From assembly GCA_050273025.1 (NCBI GenBank), contig CP158635.1:8680001-8744000 (forward strand): a DNA stretch of 64,000 nt. The letters are read 5' to 3'. Source of the stretch: Cenococcum geophilum (taxonomy: Eukaryota). Shown here piece by piece: positions 51,488 to 63,568 of the stretch (position 1 is its first letter; the number at the start of each line of letters is the position of its first letter). The notes beneath the pieces were generated by a model. That model made no database searches. It was not told where the DNA came from and worked only from the letters and a program-made list of their open reading frames with translations. A program made the translations under genes and the position numbers.

Positions 51488-51775
51488 CGGGTGGGGTAAG
51501 GCTGAGTAGGAGCTGCTGGTGAGCTAGTGCTCGGGGATTGTGAGGATAGGCTTGAAGACGTTCGTTGGGTGCTGAATTTCGGCGTATTTGTGAACTTTAT
51601 TGTATGATACTAATCATGTCACGTTTGGAATTTTAGAATCATGCCCTCACAATTAATGCAATTTCGTAGAATTTTTATGTTCCTTTTGGGGTGTGTAGCT
51701 CCTTCAAGCTTGCTAGACCTGGCAGCACCTTTCTGCCACGATTTTCATGGATACGATTTTGGACTAGCGCGGCAG

Positions 51776-51965
51776 GGAATAACGTTGTAAAAGAATAAGG
51801 TTATAAAAGGACTGGGCTGGAAAGGAAAGGTAACAATGGATGAGGCCGTAAAGAATAAGATTGTGAAAGAACAGGATTACAGGAGAATTAAGGCTGTAAA
51901 AGGGTAAATTCGTAAAAGAATAAGGCTGCAAACGAATAAGGCTGCAAGAGTAAGACTGTAAAAGA
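51776..51965. repeat. Degenerate ~17-bp tandem repeat (GTAAAAGAATAAGGCT-like)
   Basis: About ten imperfect units in the intergenic region. Confidence 0.6.
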
Positions 51966-52752
51966 GAATGACCGATAACATCTAGATTAATCTTTCAACG
52001 GTAGCCAATCTAGCTCTATGCCATTTACGAAAACAAAATCCCAAGTAATTGCTGAGGATGATTAGGTCAGATCCCCTGATAATGGTCCCTGTTTACTCAG
52101 GTCGGGCGATTCCGACGCGACTTACGAAACAGTCACCCCATTTTCACGCAACCTCCCCGCAACATCTGCGCCGGGTCACTCCACAAACGCATGAGATGTC
52201 GGCCCGTTTTCCCCACAGAGGTCCATGTATATTCTAATCAGGTAGCCGTCATTGCTTCTCACTCAACCCTGGCTCTCCTGACATTCAGCTTGCAAATGCT
52301 TCAGTCATCAAGACTCTCGCTGAATCCCGGAAATGTCATAATTGCTATTGCCCCAGCATGATAATGTCTCTGGCCAGACAAGGCCTCAGGTGATGCAGCT
52401 TGCGCCATGATACCCGACTACTTTTCGTCTGTGTATCTGTCATTCTATTTCCCCCTCTTTTCATCCTGGTATATAATCTATCCACTTGCCTCGGATCTCT
52501 TTCAGCATCAACGAATCTCCCGCAGTCATTTGCATCTGTTAGTCTAAGCTCTCCATTCAATCTCCAGTCTTCACTCTAGCAGTATCTCCACTTTTGCATT
52601 AATAGTCGACGATTTCAACGTACTATCCTCTAAAAAATCACGAACTTCAGTCAACTTAACGGCCTCATCTACGACCTAAGACATAATCCTTGAGTCGGAG
52701 AATCTGCAATATATCGCAACGAACGGTTCTGCTTCAGCATAAAAGTTCCGAT

Positions 52753-53038
52753 ATGCCTTCCTCAACACCCATTCGCAGCTTTATGCGTAGCGCAACGAAG
52801 TATCTTACCGAGTCTCACCCACACGGCCGCCATTCAGCAAATTCGGCACCGCGCCGTCACTACACTCCTTATTACGCCAGTAGAATCGGCCGGACAGCCA
52901 TGTGGTAAGCCAACGAGCAACTTCCATCCAAACCTCTACACCAACTAACCTGCCACTCATAGGTATGGTCCTACCACCTTAGTGCTCCTTGGCTGGCCTT
53001 TAGGTGCGGCTGCAGTCTTTAAACAAGTTGGGATCTGA
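52753..53038 (+). CDS. Small (75 aa) spliced protein with basic N-terminus and C-terminal hydrophobic segment
   Basis: Intron 52905-52962 (GTAAGC..CTAAC..TAG) gives MPSSTPIRSFMRSATKYLTESHPHGR...RIGRTAMWYGPTTLVLLGWPLGAAAVFKQVGI. Confidence 0.75.
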
Positions 53039-55085
53039 CTCCCTAAATCCGTCGTCATTGCCAAGGAAGGCATGGGGCCCTCCCAAGGCCTCATCTCCGC
53101 AGCGTGGGAGATTACGAATATAGACAACCTTGAGGAGATGGAGAGGTCGAAAATGGCCTTTGACAATGTTAGAGAGATGGTAGACTTAGTTCTGAGCATG
53201 CAGTGGGATGGTTGAAGTATAGAGCGGACTTTCGATTGTGCAAACCTATATAGCATGAGGATGGTTTAGTGTTTTGTTTAAGTTTTGATTTTGTTTTCGC
53301 GATGGACCCACTTGCATGGTTTTTGGAGTTAAGGTGTCAATAGCTCCGTACGCCCTCGGTGGCTGACTTCGTGTTTTATAGCAAGTTTAGAAGAATTGCA
53401 AAGCTTCTTCGATTTATCTCTGGTCCTAAATAATCAATGCTTGCCACTTACCTAGACATGGGTCGCTGGACTATCCGCAAAATCCTTGTCTGAGCCCGAT
53501 TCGGATGACTGCCAGGTAGGCTATGTAAGTCAGGTGATGCGATACTCGGACTCTGATGATAATGCTCACTCACGCTCACGTTCATCTTCCTTCACGCACT
53601 TACATCATATAGCTGCTCACCAAGCCTCACTCAGGATCCGTTTGGGGTTCGTAAGGAAGGGATTTTATGTTCCCCTTCTTGTACATCAACAATGAATCTT
53701 GGTAATTATACTCTCTTTTCGCATGGAACTTCCACTATCTACAAGTATCTATCTTTTATCCGTTCCTGACAGTGTCGCATATTGCAGACCTGATTTTCGA
53801 CGTTCGGTGATAATTTGGGCGGATTGATATTGGGGGCTGATTAAATGGGAGAGACAAGAGTAGAGTAACAGATCACCCTAAACTAAAAGGAACTCTCTTG
53901 GTGTTGTATTATATTTAGTGTGTTTGTTTAGAATAAACACGCGCCGCTTGTAGTTGAAAGTGGCAGTATTTCAGTTATTCTGTGCTATGTACCGCCACCC
54001 GGGTGAGGTTTGTGAGTTAGGTCTCGCTACACCCATTAAATCTGAATTGTCATCCATATTATAGAGTGCTAAAGTAAGGTCACTACTATTATATTCACGA
54101 CTTTCCTTAATTAATTTTGGTTGTGTTTTAATGGTACAGGCCTGATTCGCAATTTCTGCCTTGCTGTTAACCGAACTCACAAACGGTGTCGCCCTTTCAT
54201 TTCGTGACGTCATATCTAGAAGTATCCCTTGACCCGTCTGCGTCCAACGCCAAGGCCGCACAGACAGGAACGCGTGAGAATCAGGTTGAACAAGAGCTTC
54301 TTATTGGCTAGATCCTTATCGATAACGTTGGACGCACGCCGACGGGTCAAGGGATAAAGACGAACTAAAAGAATAGAGGCTGATATTCGACGTTAAGCAC
54401 ACACAGACTTAAACTTCGTGTTTACCTATTCGGAAAGCCGGCCAATTGGGTTATATAGGCAACAGCGCGATTAAATTCCACTCACCTGGAGCCTTTGACG
54501 ACCAGATCAATCAATAGTAAATTCTTGAAGCTCTTGATCTGGCTTAGTTCCTACTACATTTGGTTAAAACGTCATGTGCATTTGACTTGTTTGCATCTGC
54601 ACCAGTGCGCAACTGTCGCGCACCCATACCACGCGTGGCGTGGGTGTCGGAGGTTAAGGCAGCAGCACAAAAGCTACATTTTAATATTTTGGTTTTCGTG
54701 ATGCGAAGCAAATGAGAAAAACGTACTAACTTAACTAGGAAGGATTTAAACTCCATCAGGAAGGATTTAAACTAAATCAAGAGGGGTGTCCAGGTATCAA
54801 TTGGGGAGTATCCGCATGTCAATTAGGGGGATCAGTCTACCAACGCCTTTATTGGTTGACTTACCGATTGCGCGTCGCCTTCAATCTCAACAGAGCGCCT
54901 TTGGAATACGGAGATACAAAGCACAAGGACATCCGTTCTAACCATGGCTCCTTCCCGTCTCCGGAGGACATTAATTAGTTTAGCGGATAGCCGTGGCTGG
55001 CTTACCACTGACGAATTTCGTCTTCTAGACTCTTTTTGAACCTCTTTCTCCATACTGGCAGCCACTTAACCTCGAAAGCGCAACT

Positions 55086-57509
55086 ATGGCTGGTGAGCAC
55101 TTTAGAAACCCGGAATTTTTCGATCCGATCTTGTTCAGTCTTGCCGATGACAGCCAGTTTTCTGCGGAGCTTGACAACTTATTCGGAGGGGAAGTTAGTG
55201 ATGGCCAGGGTTCAAAAAACCGAATAAACTACATTGATACCTCTTGCCATCCTGAGGTTAATATTCGGTCCGTTCATGACCTAGCGAATGCCGAAGCCAC
55301 GGTTAGTTCACGATTGGGCACTGCATATAGTGAGAGGCTGACGGTAAAGAAGGGTCTATCCAATCAACCGGACACTTTTGAAGAAACCGACGCCAATCAG
55401 GGGACTGAAAATATCTTTACGCTATTGAGACAAGACATTCTCGATGCTGCTTCGGCAAATTTTGACTTTGGTGGTAATGGAGAAAGTGTAGAACCTTCCT
55501 CGGCGAATCTTCAGAACGGTCCATTGGACTCGGAGCTCGTCGACTCGGATATATTGACTCCCCGATCAGCGCCGAGCCCATTAAGCCGCTCTCAGCTACC
55601 ACGCAATCTGCGGAATCGACGTCAGCACCGGCCAAAATTCTCTCTCCAACAAATAAATTCTTTGGAAGAATGGCTCGACTGTCATCGAGATTATCCTTAC
55701 CCCGACAAAGAGGCGAAGGAACACCTCATCAGATCGACAGGTCTGACAGAGGTTCAAATAAATAGATGGTTCACTAACCGGCGGACCCGTCAGCCAGTGC
55801 AATCAAGTCCTCTAGAGACCTTTCTTGCGGCGATGGAACAAACTGCGTCTAAAGATGATATCCAACATGCTTGTATGGATCCGCAATATCAGGCTATAAA
55901 TGCTGGTCGTGGTGAAATCGGACGCCCAGAAATACAAAAATGCGTTGAGCCAAGCCAAGAAACTGTCCATAAGGAATGGAATCCTCAGCTCCTGGAAGAA
56001 CTCTGTGAGGTGCCACAGGTTGATGCCAATGTGGGCCAACCGGGAAAGAGAACCCTTAAAAATATGGAAGAGGAGCAGGCAACCCCCCAGAATGAGCAGA
56101 TCATAAGATTGACCTCTCCGGAATCTCCTCTATGGCGATCGGGAATCGATTCTGAGACATGCCCCAGATTCCCATCCCCGCTAAATCTATCAAGCGGACA
56201 ACAGAAACACGGACGCTTTCTTACCCCGAAACCCCCCAGCCTTCATGACGATAGTCCCCTTGGCCAAAAGATAGACCTTCCACTTGTTAAAACTCTCCAA
56301 CTTCCGTCCACAGGGCTCTTTAGAGTACAGCGCCGAGTACCGCCTCCAGCACAGCCTCGAGCACAGCCTCTTCCACTGCCAGCAGCTCCTCCTGTCAATC
56401 ACTCAACGCGCTATGCAAGGTTCATGTCATCTGCTGAGAGTGCTAATTCTGCCTTTTCTCTACATAGTAATGCCATTCGTAGCCGGTCGCCAAGACGAGG
56501 AAGAAGGAAATTCAACCCTCCCTCCTTAACGAAAGCAGTAATCGTCCACGAGACTGATGACTCGTCTCCAAGGTTCTACTGCACATTTTGCCGCCAACCG
56601 TACACGAGCAAAACATGGAAAAGACACGAAGAAACCCAGCATCTCCCTCATTTGAGAGCAAAATGGACTTGTATGCCGAATGGCGTTATGGATGCTTTTC
56701 GTTTTTCCTCTGATGTCGTCACTTGTACTTTTTGCAATGACACCAACCCTGTCGATACGCATCCAGAGGTTTGCAGCAGGATTGCGGAGTGCCTCAAGAC
56801 TGATTCCAAGGAGAGGACTTTTGAAAGGAGGGACCATCTCACCCAACACCTGAAGAACGTTCATAATGCCTTGCTTCCCGAAGAAACGATTTTGGACTGG
56901 AAAACTGAAGCGCCACCCTCCGACCAAGAGTGGACCTGCGGATTTTGTGGCGCTATTCTTAGCGATTGGGATACCAGGGCATCTCATATTGCCAAACATT
57001 TCCGTGCAGGTCTCGATATGTCTAAATGGGATTCATATCGAAAGACACAAATTGTCGTTGTCGGGGAGGAACCGCAAGTGTCTCACCTTTATCGGCCTGC
57101 TGACTTCGACCATCCAAAGTCTTCAGTGGACACCCCGGTTGAACCATTTTCCTCATACAGTCCTGCCAGAAATATCTCCCCCGCTAGGCCACTTTCACTC
57201 GCGCCACCTTCCGCGTCTACACCTATCTCATATCGACTTGCTCCGCGTCCGCTCAAATGCGGGGGTACCTCCTATGGGTCTATTTCCGTAAAATGCTCTA
57301 GGCGGGGCTCCACCCGATTAACTATGATACCAGTTCTTTACCCAGGTCCTAGCAAGAAAGGTAATGATAAGCGCTATCTTCCCCTCCTAGATCGTGGAAA
57401 ATGGAGAGAGGAGCGAGATGATGATTTAAAGAGGCAACATCGTTACGCGAACGAGCAATTGGAATTTTACCAGCTAGAACGGGATTTTTTTGCGATGGCC
57501 ATTTCCTGA
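55086..57509 (+). CDS. Homeobox (TALE/KN-type) + C2H2 zinc-finger transcription factor
   Basis: 807-aa ORF with LEEWL..H.DYPYP...QINRWFTNRRTR homeodomain and fingers CTFC..WKRHEETQH, RRDHLTQHLKNVH, CGFC..R.SHIAKH. Confidence 0.92.
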   Translation: MAGEHFRNPEFFDPILFSLADDSQFSAELDNLFGGEVSDGQGSKNRINYIDTSCHPEVNIRSVHDLANAEATVSSRLGTAYSERLTVKKGLSNQPDTFEETDANQGTENIFTLLRQDILDAASANFDFGGNGESVEPSSANLQNGPLDSELVDSDILTPRSAPSPLSRSQLPRNLRNRRQHRPKFSLQQINSLEEWLDCHRDYPYPDKEAKEHLIRSTGLTEVQINRWFTNRRTRQPVQSSPLETFLAAMEQTASKDDIQHACMDPQYQAINAGRGEIGRPEIQKCVEPSQETVHKEWNPQLLEELCEVPQVDANVGQPGKRTLKNMEEEQATPQNEQIIRLTSPESPLWRSGIDSETCPRFPSPLNLSSGQQKHGRFLTPKPPSLHDDSPLGQKIDLPLVKTLQLPSTGLFRVQRRVPPPAQPRAQPLPLPAAPPVNHSTRYARFMSSAESANSAFSLHSNAIRSRSPRRGRRKFNPPSLTKAVIVHETDDSSPRFYCTFCRQPYTSKTWKRHEETQHLPHLRAKWTCMPNGVMDAFRFSSDVVTCTFCNDTNPVDTHPEVCSRIAECLKTDSKERTFERRDHLTQHLKNVHNALLPEETILDWKTEAPPSDQEWTCGFCGAILSDWDTRASHIAKHFRAGLDMSKWDSYRKTQIVVVGEEPQVSHLYRPADFDHPKSSVDTPVEPFSSYSPARNISPARPLSLAPPSASTPISYRLAPRPLKCGGTSYGSISVKCSRRGSTRLTMIPVLYPGPSKKGNDKRYLPLLDRGKWREERDDDLKRQHRYANEQLEFYQLERDFFAMAIS

Positions 57510-59060
57510 AACACCGAGAGGCCCATAAGGATTTCCTTCTCCCGGGGATAACTCGACCTGAGCCAATTCCTTCCCTCAAGATGGCTTCCTGACACCCACT
57601 GAGAGCGAAACGAACACGGGCAGAATGACGAGCGGGCGCTTCGTTTCTCCTCCGCTTGGTCTGACCCTAGTACTAAAAAGTAACCCGCTGATCCCGCTTC
57701 CTCCGGTACCTGTACCTCTCTGGAAGTTTCAAGCTGGTCACCTGTCTTGGTGACCCTCACGGCCAGATCCATCCCCAAGTGATGGGCGTTACAAATCACC
57801 GATAAGAATGACCAATAATCATCTGGTTGACAATACTTCCCGGAGCATTTTGTCCTTCACGGAGAGGTTGGTATAACTTCCTCCAGCTGGAAAGAGTGTG
57901 AACTGCTCGAATATACATGAAGTCGGAAACCTTTACCTAAAACATTCCTAAGTGAAGTATCGAGGCCCTACCTTGATTTTTTTTTATTCTTGGACTCCTA
58001 GTTTTAAGGAGGATCAAGACGACCTTCATCTGCTGTCTCTTGGTGGAGCGAAAGATTCGGCTAATGTGGCCGCGCGTGACTGGTAGTGACTTGTTAACTA
58101 CGGAAGATTTGCCGACATGCCCTGTACTGCATACTACACCGGCTGTGCCGAATCAGGTATGCTTTTCTCTGGGTGTCTCCAACCAGACAGGCATCCTCCC
58201 TCTCATGCTTCAGCTGATGTTCTGAATCAGTAGTCTCCCGCTTGCACATACCGATGCCATCATTACAGTGGAGCGATAGCAAGCCCTCGGCTCTAAGCTC
58301 TACTCATTATAGCCCACATGTCAACCGCAGTCTGTTCTCCCAATGACTGATAATTCCGAACCATCGGCCTACTCTCTAATGGATGATTAACAACATCTTA
58401 ACTCATAGACACAGATCCATTCACGGTATTCTATGGGTGTTGTAGTGACACATTGTCCCATCCAACCTTTCGAACCTGGCTTCGCCAAAGCAGCGCTTAA
58501 TAACAGGGCTGAATTCTGCTGAATTCATCTTCCTCTCCTAATAAGATAATTTGAAGTAGGAGAATTTGCGAGCCAGGATAGCTTCGCCGTACTAGAGGAG
58601 CATACGGCGAATTATGAAACCATAGGGCTTGTCGAGTGGGAACTTTAGGATAGGGAGGATGTCTTTCAAGTGGTGGCAGATACACTGAGAGGCAAGCTGC
58701 ATCGGAGCAGGGATGTTACTTGGTCAAACGTCGGATTATCTTCGGATGCAAGATGCATGTTATAATACAAAGGTTGCATAACTTCCAAATAATTTATCTT
58801 CAACAACTCCAAAGTTTCGAGAGACCCTCCCTATAACAAACTGCGCTGCCCTAAATAACAGCTTATAAAGTCCGACTTCCCTGAAAATTGGTTCCAATTG
58901 CCCACCACGAGCCTCAATGATCTTCCCACCAACCTCCCGCCACGACAGCGTGCAGCACCCAGTCGCCACAGGCAACAAGACAAAACATAAGTCCACACAG
59001 ACCCACACCGCACCATGCTCAACCTCATGTTCAACCCCAAGTCCCTTGACATGACCAGCC

Positions 59061-60776
59061 ATGAAGGGCCTCGCAACCCTCTTAATCCCACTGAGCGTCC
59101 TCTCCGCCCTCACTAGGGCCTCCCAGCCGTCTCCCGATGGCACCGAAACCTGTCCCGCCCACCTGCAAGCCGAAATCGAGTACCCGCTCTACGACGACGA
59201 CGACGCCATCACACAGCTCGGCCTACCGCCGCTGCCCCGCAAGGCCTTCCGCCGCCTGTCGAGCGTCTACCACGCCCTGTCCTCCTGCGCCAACATCTCA
59301 TCCCTCGACCTCCGCATCGCGCGCGACCCCGCCAGCGACGCCGTCGACGACGGGCCCTGGAACTTCGAGTTCGCGCCGCAGACACGCTTCTCCCCGCTCA
59401 CCTCGCTGAAAATCGCGGGCTACGACTTCGACGACTATTGGAAGTGGAGGGAGGACCGCCGGGCCGCGGGGTACGATCGCAGCTGGCATTGGGAGCACAC
59501 GTGGATGGATTTGCTGCTGGGGAGGGGCCCGTCGAGGCAGGTTTTTGCGGAGATGCCGCCGGGGCCGGCGCCAGAGAGGTATTTGGCGAGGAATTTGGAC
59601 CGCTGGTTGCAGGTTATGGATTGGAGCGTGTTGGAGGTGCTGGAGGTGCGGGATCCCGGGCCGGGGTTTCTGAAGCGGATGAGCCAGCCGGGGAGGTTGC
59701 GGGGCGTGCGGGAGTTGAGCGTGGTGCATGTGGGTGGCGCGGCGCGGCCGATGTACTGGGAGAGCGAGGAGGTGTGGTGGAGGGAGGAGATGGTGGTGCG
59801 GTTCATAGGAGCTGTGGGGTGGGGTGGAGAGGGGGAAGAGCGGCGGACAGGCTCAATCGTCACTTCGACAAGCTCCACCGACACCAGCACCGCTCCCACC
59901 ACTCCCACCACTCCCGCCGATTCCACCGCCGACTCCACCGCCAACGCCACCGACCCCAGCACCAATTCCACCACCTCGACCAGCTCCATCGCCTCGACAA
60001 ACTCGACAAACTCCACCTCCGTCCCCCCAGCCCCAGTCCCACCCCCACCACCCCCCATCTCAAACCTCACAACCCTCTCCCTCACCAACGTCCTCACCCC
60101 CTCAGCCTTCACAACCAACGTCCTCCCCCTCCTCAAACCCACCCTGCACACCCTCTCCCTCCGCCATCCCCTCCCCAACGCCACCTTCACCCCCGCCGAC
60201 ATCGCCGCCCTCGCCGCCGCCACCCCGCACCTGCACACCCTGTCCCTCGACCTCGCCCTCCCCCGCCCCGCCGCCCCCGCCGCTTGGCCCAACGCCACCC
60301 TCGACGCCCTCGCCGCGCTGCGCGCGCTGCGGCACTTGACGCTGTGGGTGCGGGCGGGAGGTGAGAGAGTGGGTGATGAGGACGCGTACGAGCTGTTTGT
60401 GGGGCTGAGGGCGCGGAAGCAGGGGGTGGAGTTGGTGGAGTTGGAGGTTTTGAAGGAGGGGGGCGTGGGGGTGGGCTGTGATGTTTTGGAGAGCAAGGAG
60501 GGGCAGGGGGAAGGCGAGAGGAGGAGGAAGAGGGAGGGGATTGCGTGGTGTACTTATTTGGCTGCTGAGAGGATGGGTGTGGGGATGGGGGTTTGGGGCG
60601 GGGTGGCGGGGGTTGCGGGGGTGGAGAGTTGGGTTGGGGCTGCGGCCGGGGGTGCGGTTGGTGGTGCGGCTAAGAATATGGCTAATAGTATGGCTAAGAG
60701 TACGGCTAAGAGTACGGCTAAGGCTGCGGTAGAGGAGGTGGATGAGTTGGAGGGGCTGTGGGATAGGGTGTTGTAG
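59061..60776 (+). CDS. Uncharacterised protein with signal peptide, LRR/RNI-like repeats and a Ser/Thr/Pro-rich insert
   Basis: 571-aa ORF with hydrophobic N-terminus and LxxLxL units (LTSLKI, LEVLEV, LTTLSL, LHTLSL x2, LRHLTL); strong third-position G/C bias. Confidence 0.75.
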   Translation: MKGLATLLIPLSVLSALTRASQPSPDGTETCPAHLQAEIEYPLYDDDDAITQLGLPPLPRKAFRRLSSVYHALSSCANISSLDLRIARDPASDAVDDGPWNFEFAPQTRFSPLTSLKIAGYDFDDYWKWREDRRAAGYDRSWHWEHTWMDLLLGRGPSRQVFAEMPPGPAPERYLARNLDRWLQVMDWSVLEVLEVRDPGPGFLKRMSQPGRLRGVRELSVVHVGGAARPMYWESEEVWWREEMVVRFIGAVGWGGEGEERRTGSIVTSTSSTDTSTAPTTPTTPADSTADSTANATDPSTNSTTSTSSIASTNSTNSTSVPPAPVPPPPPPISNLTTLSLTNVLTPSAFTTNVLPLLKPTLHTLSLRHPLPNATFTPADIAALAAATPHLHTLSLDLALPRPAAPAAWPNATLDALAALRALRHLTLWVRAGGERVGDEDAYELFVGLRARKQGVELVELEVLKEGGVGVGCDVLESKEGQGEGERRRKREGIAWCTYLAAERMGVGMGVWGGVAGVAGVESWVGAAAGGAVGGAAKNMANSMAKSTAKSTAKAAVEEVDELEGLWDRVL

Positions 60777-61282
60777 ATTGGAGAAGGCTGGAGGAGGCTG
60801 TAAGTGGGCTTCAGGGGTTTGTAAGAAATTGTACATTTCCCATTTTTTTCGCTTATATATTTTGGATATGAAATTGTAATCTATGGGACTGTGAATTCGG
60901 TGTACAGATGAATGCGGCCGTGTCATCGTACTGTTACAGATATATCTCGACGCTTTTTTCTCCTAAAGTTAGTTGAATCTCTGCCCAACTCCACCATTGA
61001 ATAACCCTTGTCTCCCAACTTAACTGGCACAAAATATCCAACCTAAAATAATTGGCTTAAATACCTAGCTTAAATACCTAACCTAGATACCTAGCCCAAA
61101 CACCCAGCCCAGATACCGAACCCAGATACCTGACCAGCCCTACCCACACTCAATGCAGCCCCCCTAAAGCGACTCCACCCAATTTGGATCAGGCCCAAAC
61201 TCCTTCTGCACCAAAATCCCATCCCCCTTCCCAAGCCCCTGCGCACTCCCGACCAACACCCCGAACCCATTCTTCTCCTAGC

Positions 61283-62645
61283 CTACGCCGCCATAATCCG
61301 ATTCTCGGTCCCGATCTCGCCCCTCGCGGCAATCGGCACGGGGACTGGGGGCGTCGCGGCGCCGCCCTCGTCGCTCATCTGCACAAAGCCGCGCATGCTG
61401 TCGGACCCGTGCTGCGCGAAGCTGCCGGGCACACTGCCGTAGGCCGTCGACTTCTGCGCCGCGGGCCGGTGCGGCGATCTGTGGTTGCTGGCGCCGAGCG
61501 AGCGCAGCGAGAGCGCGGAGCGGATGCTGCCGGTGACAGATTCGGGCGACATGCTGATGAAGATGGGGCGGAGGGTCGGCAGGCAGGCGCGGACGACCGT
61601 GATGCAGGTTTCCGGGACCGTTCAGTACATTAGGGTGGCTTCGTTGTCTGCGGGGTGGGGTTAGTGTGAGGTTAAAAGGAGGGGTGAAGGGATGGGGAAG
61701 GGGGGAGGGAAGGGGGGCCTACAGGCGATTTGGTGGTCGCGTGTTAGCGGGCTAGCGACGTTGAAGAAGATCTAGCATTTTCCTATGGCAGCGGCGATGA
61801 TGCTGTGAGACGGGCGAGAAGTTGGTTATATCTGCGGCTTTGGGTGTGAGAGGGTTTGTTGGTTCTCTTACATGGCGCCGAGCATGAAGATGCCGATGGC
61901 GAGCCATTTCTACCGCTTCGAGATCTTGAGCTGCCACACCATCAGCCATGGCATTGTGAGCACCATCACGTCAAGGATGATGGACGATACGACGAGAACT
62001 AGGTTCTTAACCAACGAAATGCAGTGCCGTTCTCCGAATGTCTTTCTCCAGACGAGGTCGATAGGTGTGCATTGAAAGACGAAGGTTAGGGTGAAGGCGA
62101 TTCCCCACATAAAGTCGAGAATGTGCATGACCCAGACAGCGATTCGGAAGTTTGGTTGGATGAAAATGCGTGCGTAGAATAGGATGATGATGAAGCGCGT
62201 GAGCATTATTGCTATTGTGCTTAGGATTTCGTTTGCATAGATACACTATAAAAAGGTGGTTAGTCTCCTGGTCATCAATTGTGGAAAGTGGAAGTGGTTT
62301 GAAAGAGTGCAGAGAGGTTGATGCGCGCTAGAGTTAGACCTATTTTCAAGGTTTTCTTTGAATAGCGCCCGAAGTCTGTTTCCTACTGTCTTACTATTGG
62401 GAGATAGAGCCCTTTGCGGTCATAACAAGTCGTGTCTCAACCATTGGACTAAATTTTTTGTATCTGGTGTGTTCATGCATTCATCATGTCATATTCGTAC
62501 ATGCGGTGTTACAGCGAGAGATGTCCATGAGATAACTTGAAGTGATTGCTTACTTTTTGAAATGTTTCAAGATCTGGATTTGTGATAGGGAAGCCGCTAG
62601 GAGCAAGAGGCATCTTCTTTCCTAATTGGCCATGTGTAGCAGCCG
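61283..62645 (-). pseudogene. PTH11-like (rhodopsin-domain) integral membrane protein, three premature stops, 5'-truncated
   Basis: Motifs LFYARIF, FQCTPI, ILDVMVLTMP...W.L, E....VV.ACLPTLRP. In-frame stops at 61910-12, 61772-74 and 61622-24. Upstream exon 62554-62645 (GQLG...ETFQK|GTAAG) abuts a retrotransposon fragment. Confidence 0.88.
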
Positions 62646-63568
62646 TTAAAGTAAAAGGGCTAGTCTTTTTTAGTAAAACGGTTAAGAGGCTAGGTAATTA
62701 TACTATAGTTCTTAATAAAGCGTTAGTAGAAGTTATAAAAACCTAAAAATAATTATACCCCCTTTATGGTCCATGGGGGTGCCTACTAGTTAATTATAGC
62801 CGTTTTCTCTAGGTTAGCTTTAATTCTATTTATACTAATAATAAAACTTAGGTACTTTATATACTTAATACTAAACTCTAACTTCTTAATATTAACCTAG
62901 AGGCTAGCCTTACGGAGCCGTTATAGGACTTTATAGACGTGCTCCTTATATTCTAGCTTATTCTTAGAGTAGATTATAATATTATCTAAATAGGCCGTAT
63001 AGAAGTCGTTAAGGCAGTTAAAGAGTATATTATTTATATAACGCTGCTATATAGCTAGTCTATTAGTTGGTTTAAAAAGGAGTACTTTATATTTATATAT
63101 TTTATAATAAGTTTAAAATATAGTAAAATCCTTAAACTTAGGGTTTATTTTAATTTAGTAAAAGACCTAGTAGATATTAAGCTTTATAAAGACCTTAGCT
63201 CTACTTATTTAAGCTAAAGTTTTATTAAGTAAGGGTAGTGGATAGCGGTCCTTACGGGTTATATTATTTAGCTTATAGTAGTTAATATAGAAGCGGAGTC
63301 CTCTATTTAACTTTTTAATAAAGGTAAAGGGGGCTTAGCTAGGCTTAATAAAGCCCTTATTTAGGTTATTAATAAGATACTACTTTATAGCCTATAATTT
63401 AGCAATAAACTACTTATAAAGGGGGCTAAAGCTAAGGGTGTTTTCCTTACCCTGCTTAATCTTAATCTTATAGTTATATAGTTAGTAGGGTAAAAGTATA
63501 TTAGACGCTGCTTTAAAGAATACGTTCTTAAATTTCTGGTATTAATAGGGCAGCTTTTATTCTACTAG
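62646..63568 (-). mobile_element. Ty3/Gypsy reverse-transcriptase fragment, RIPed
   Basis: Minus strand [25 protein letters not shown][D]IIIYS and FLGF.NFY.RFI; no LTR at the junction with the gene. Confidence 0.85.

Noticed and set aside
54615..54775. Short hairpin CACCCA..CCACGCGTGG..TGGGTG and duplicated AGGAAGGATTTAAACT upstream of the homeobox gene
   Set aside because: Too short to distinguish from chance or local slippage; no TSD or second copy.
59137..60926. Numerous long overlapping ORFs on both strands
   Set aside because: By-products of the extreme C/G bias of the 59061-60776 gene; they translate to low-complexity Pro/Gly/Arg sequence.
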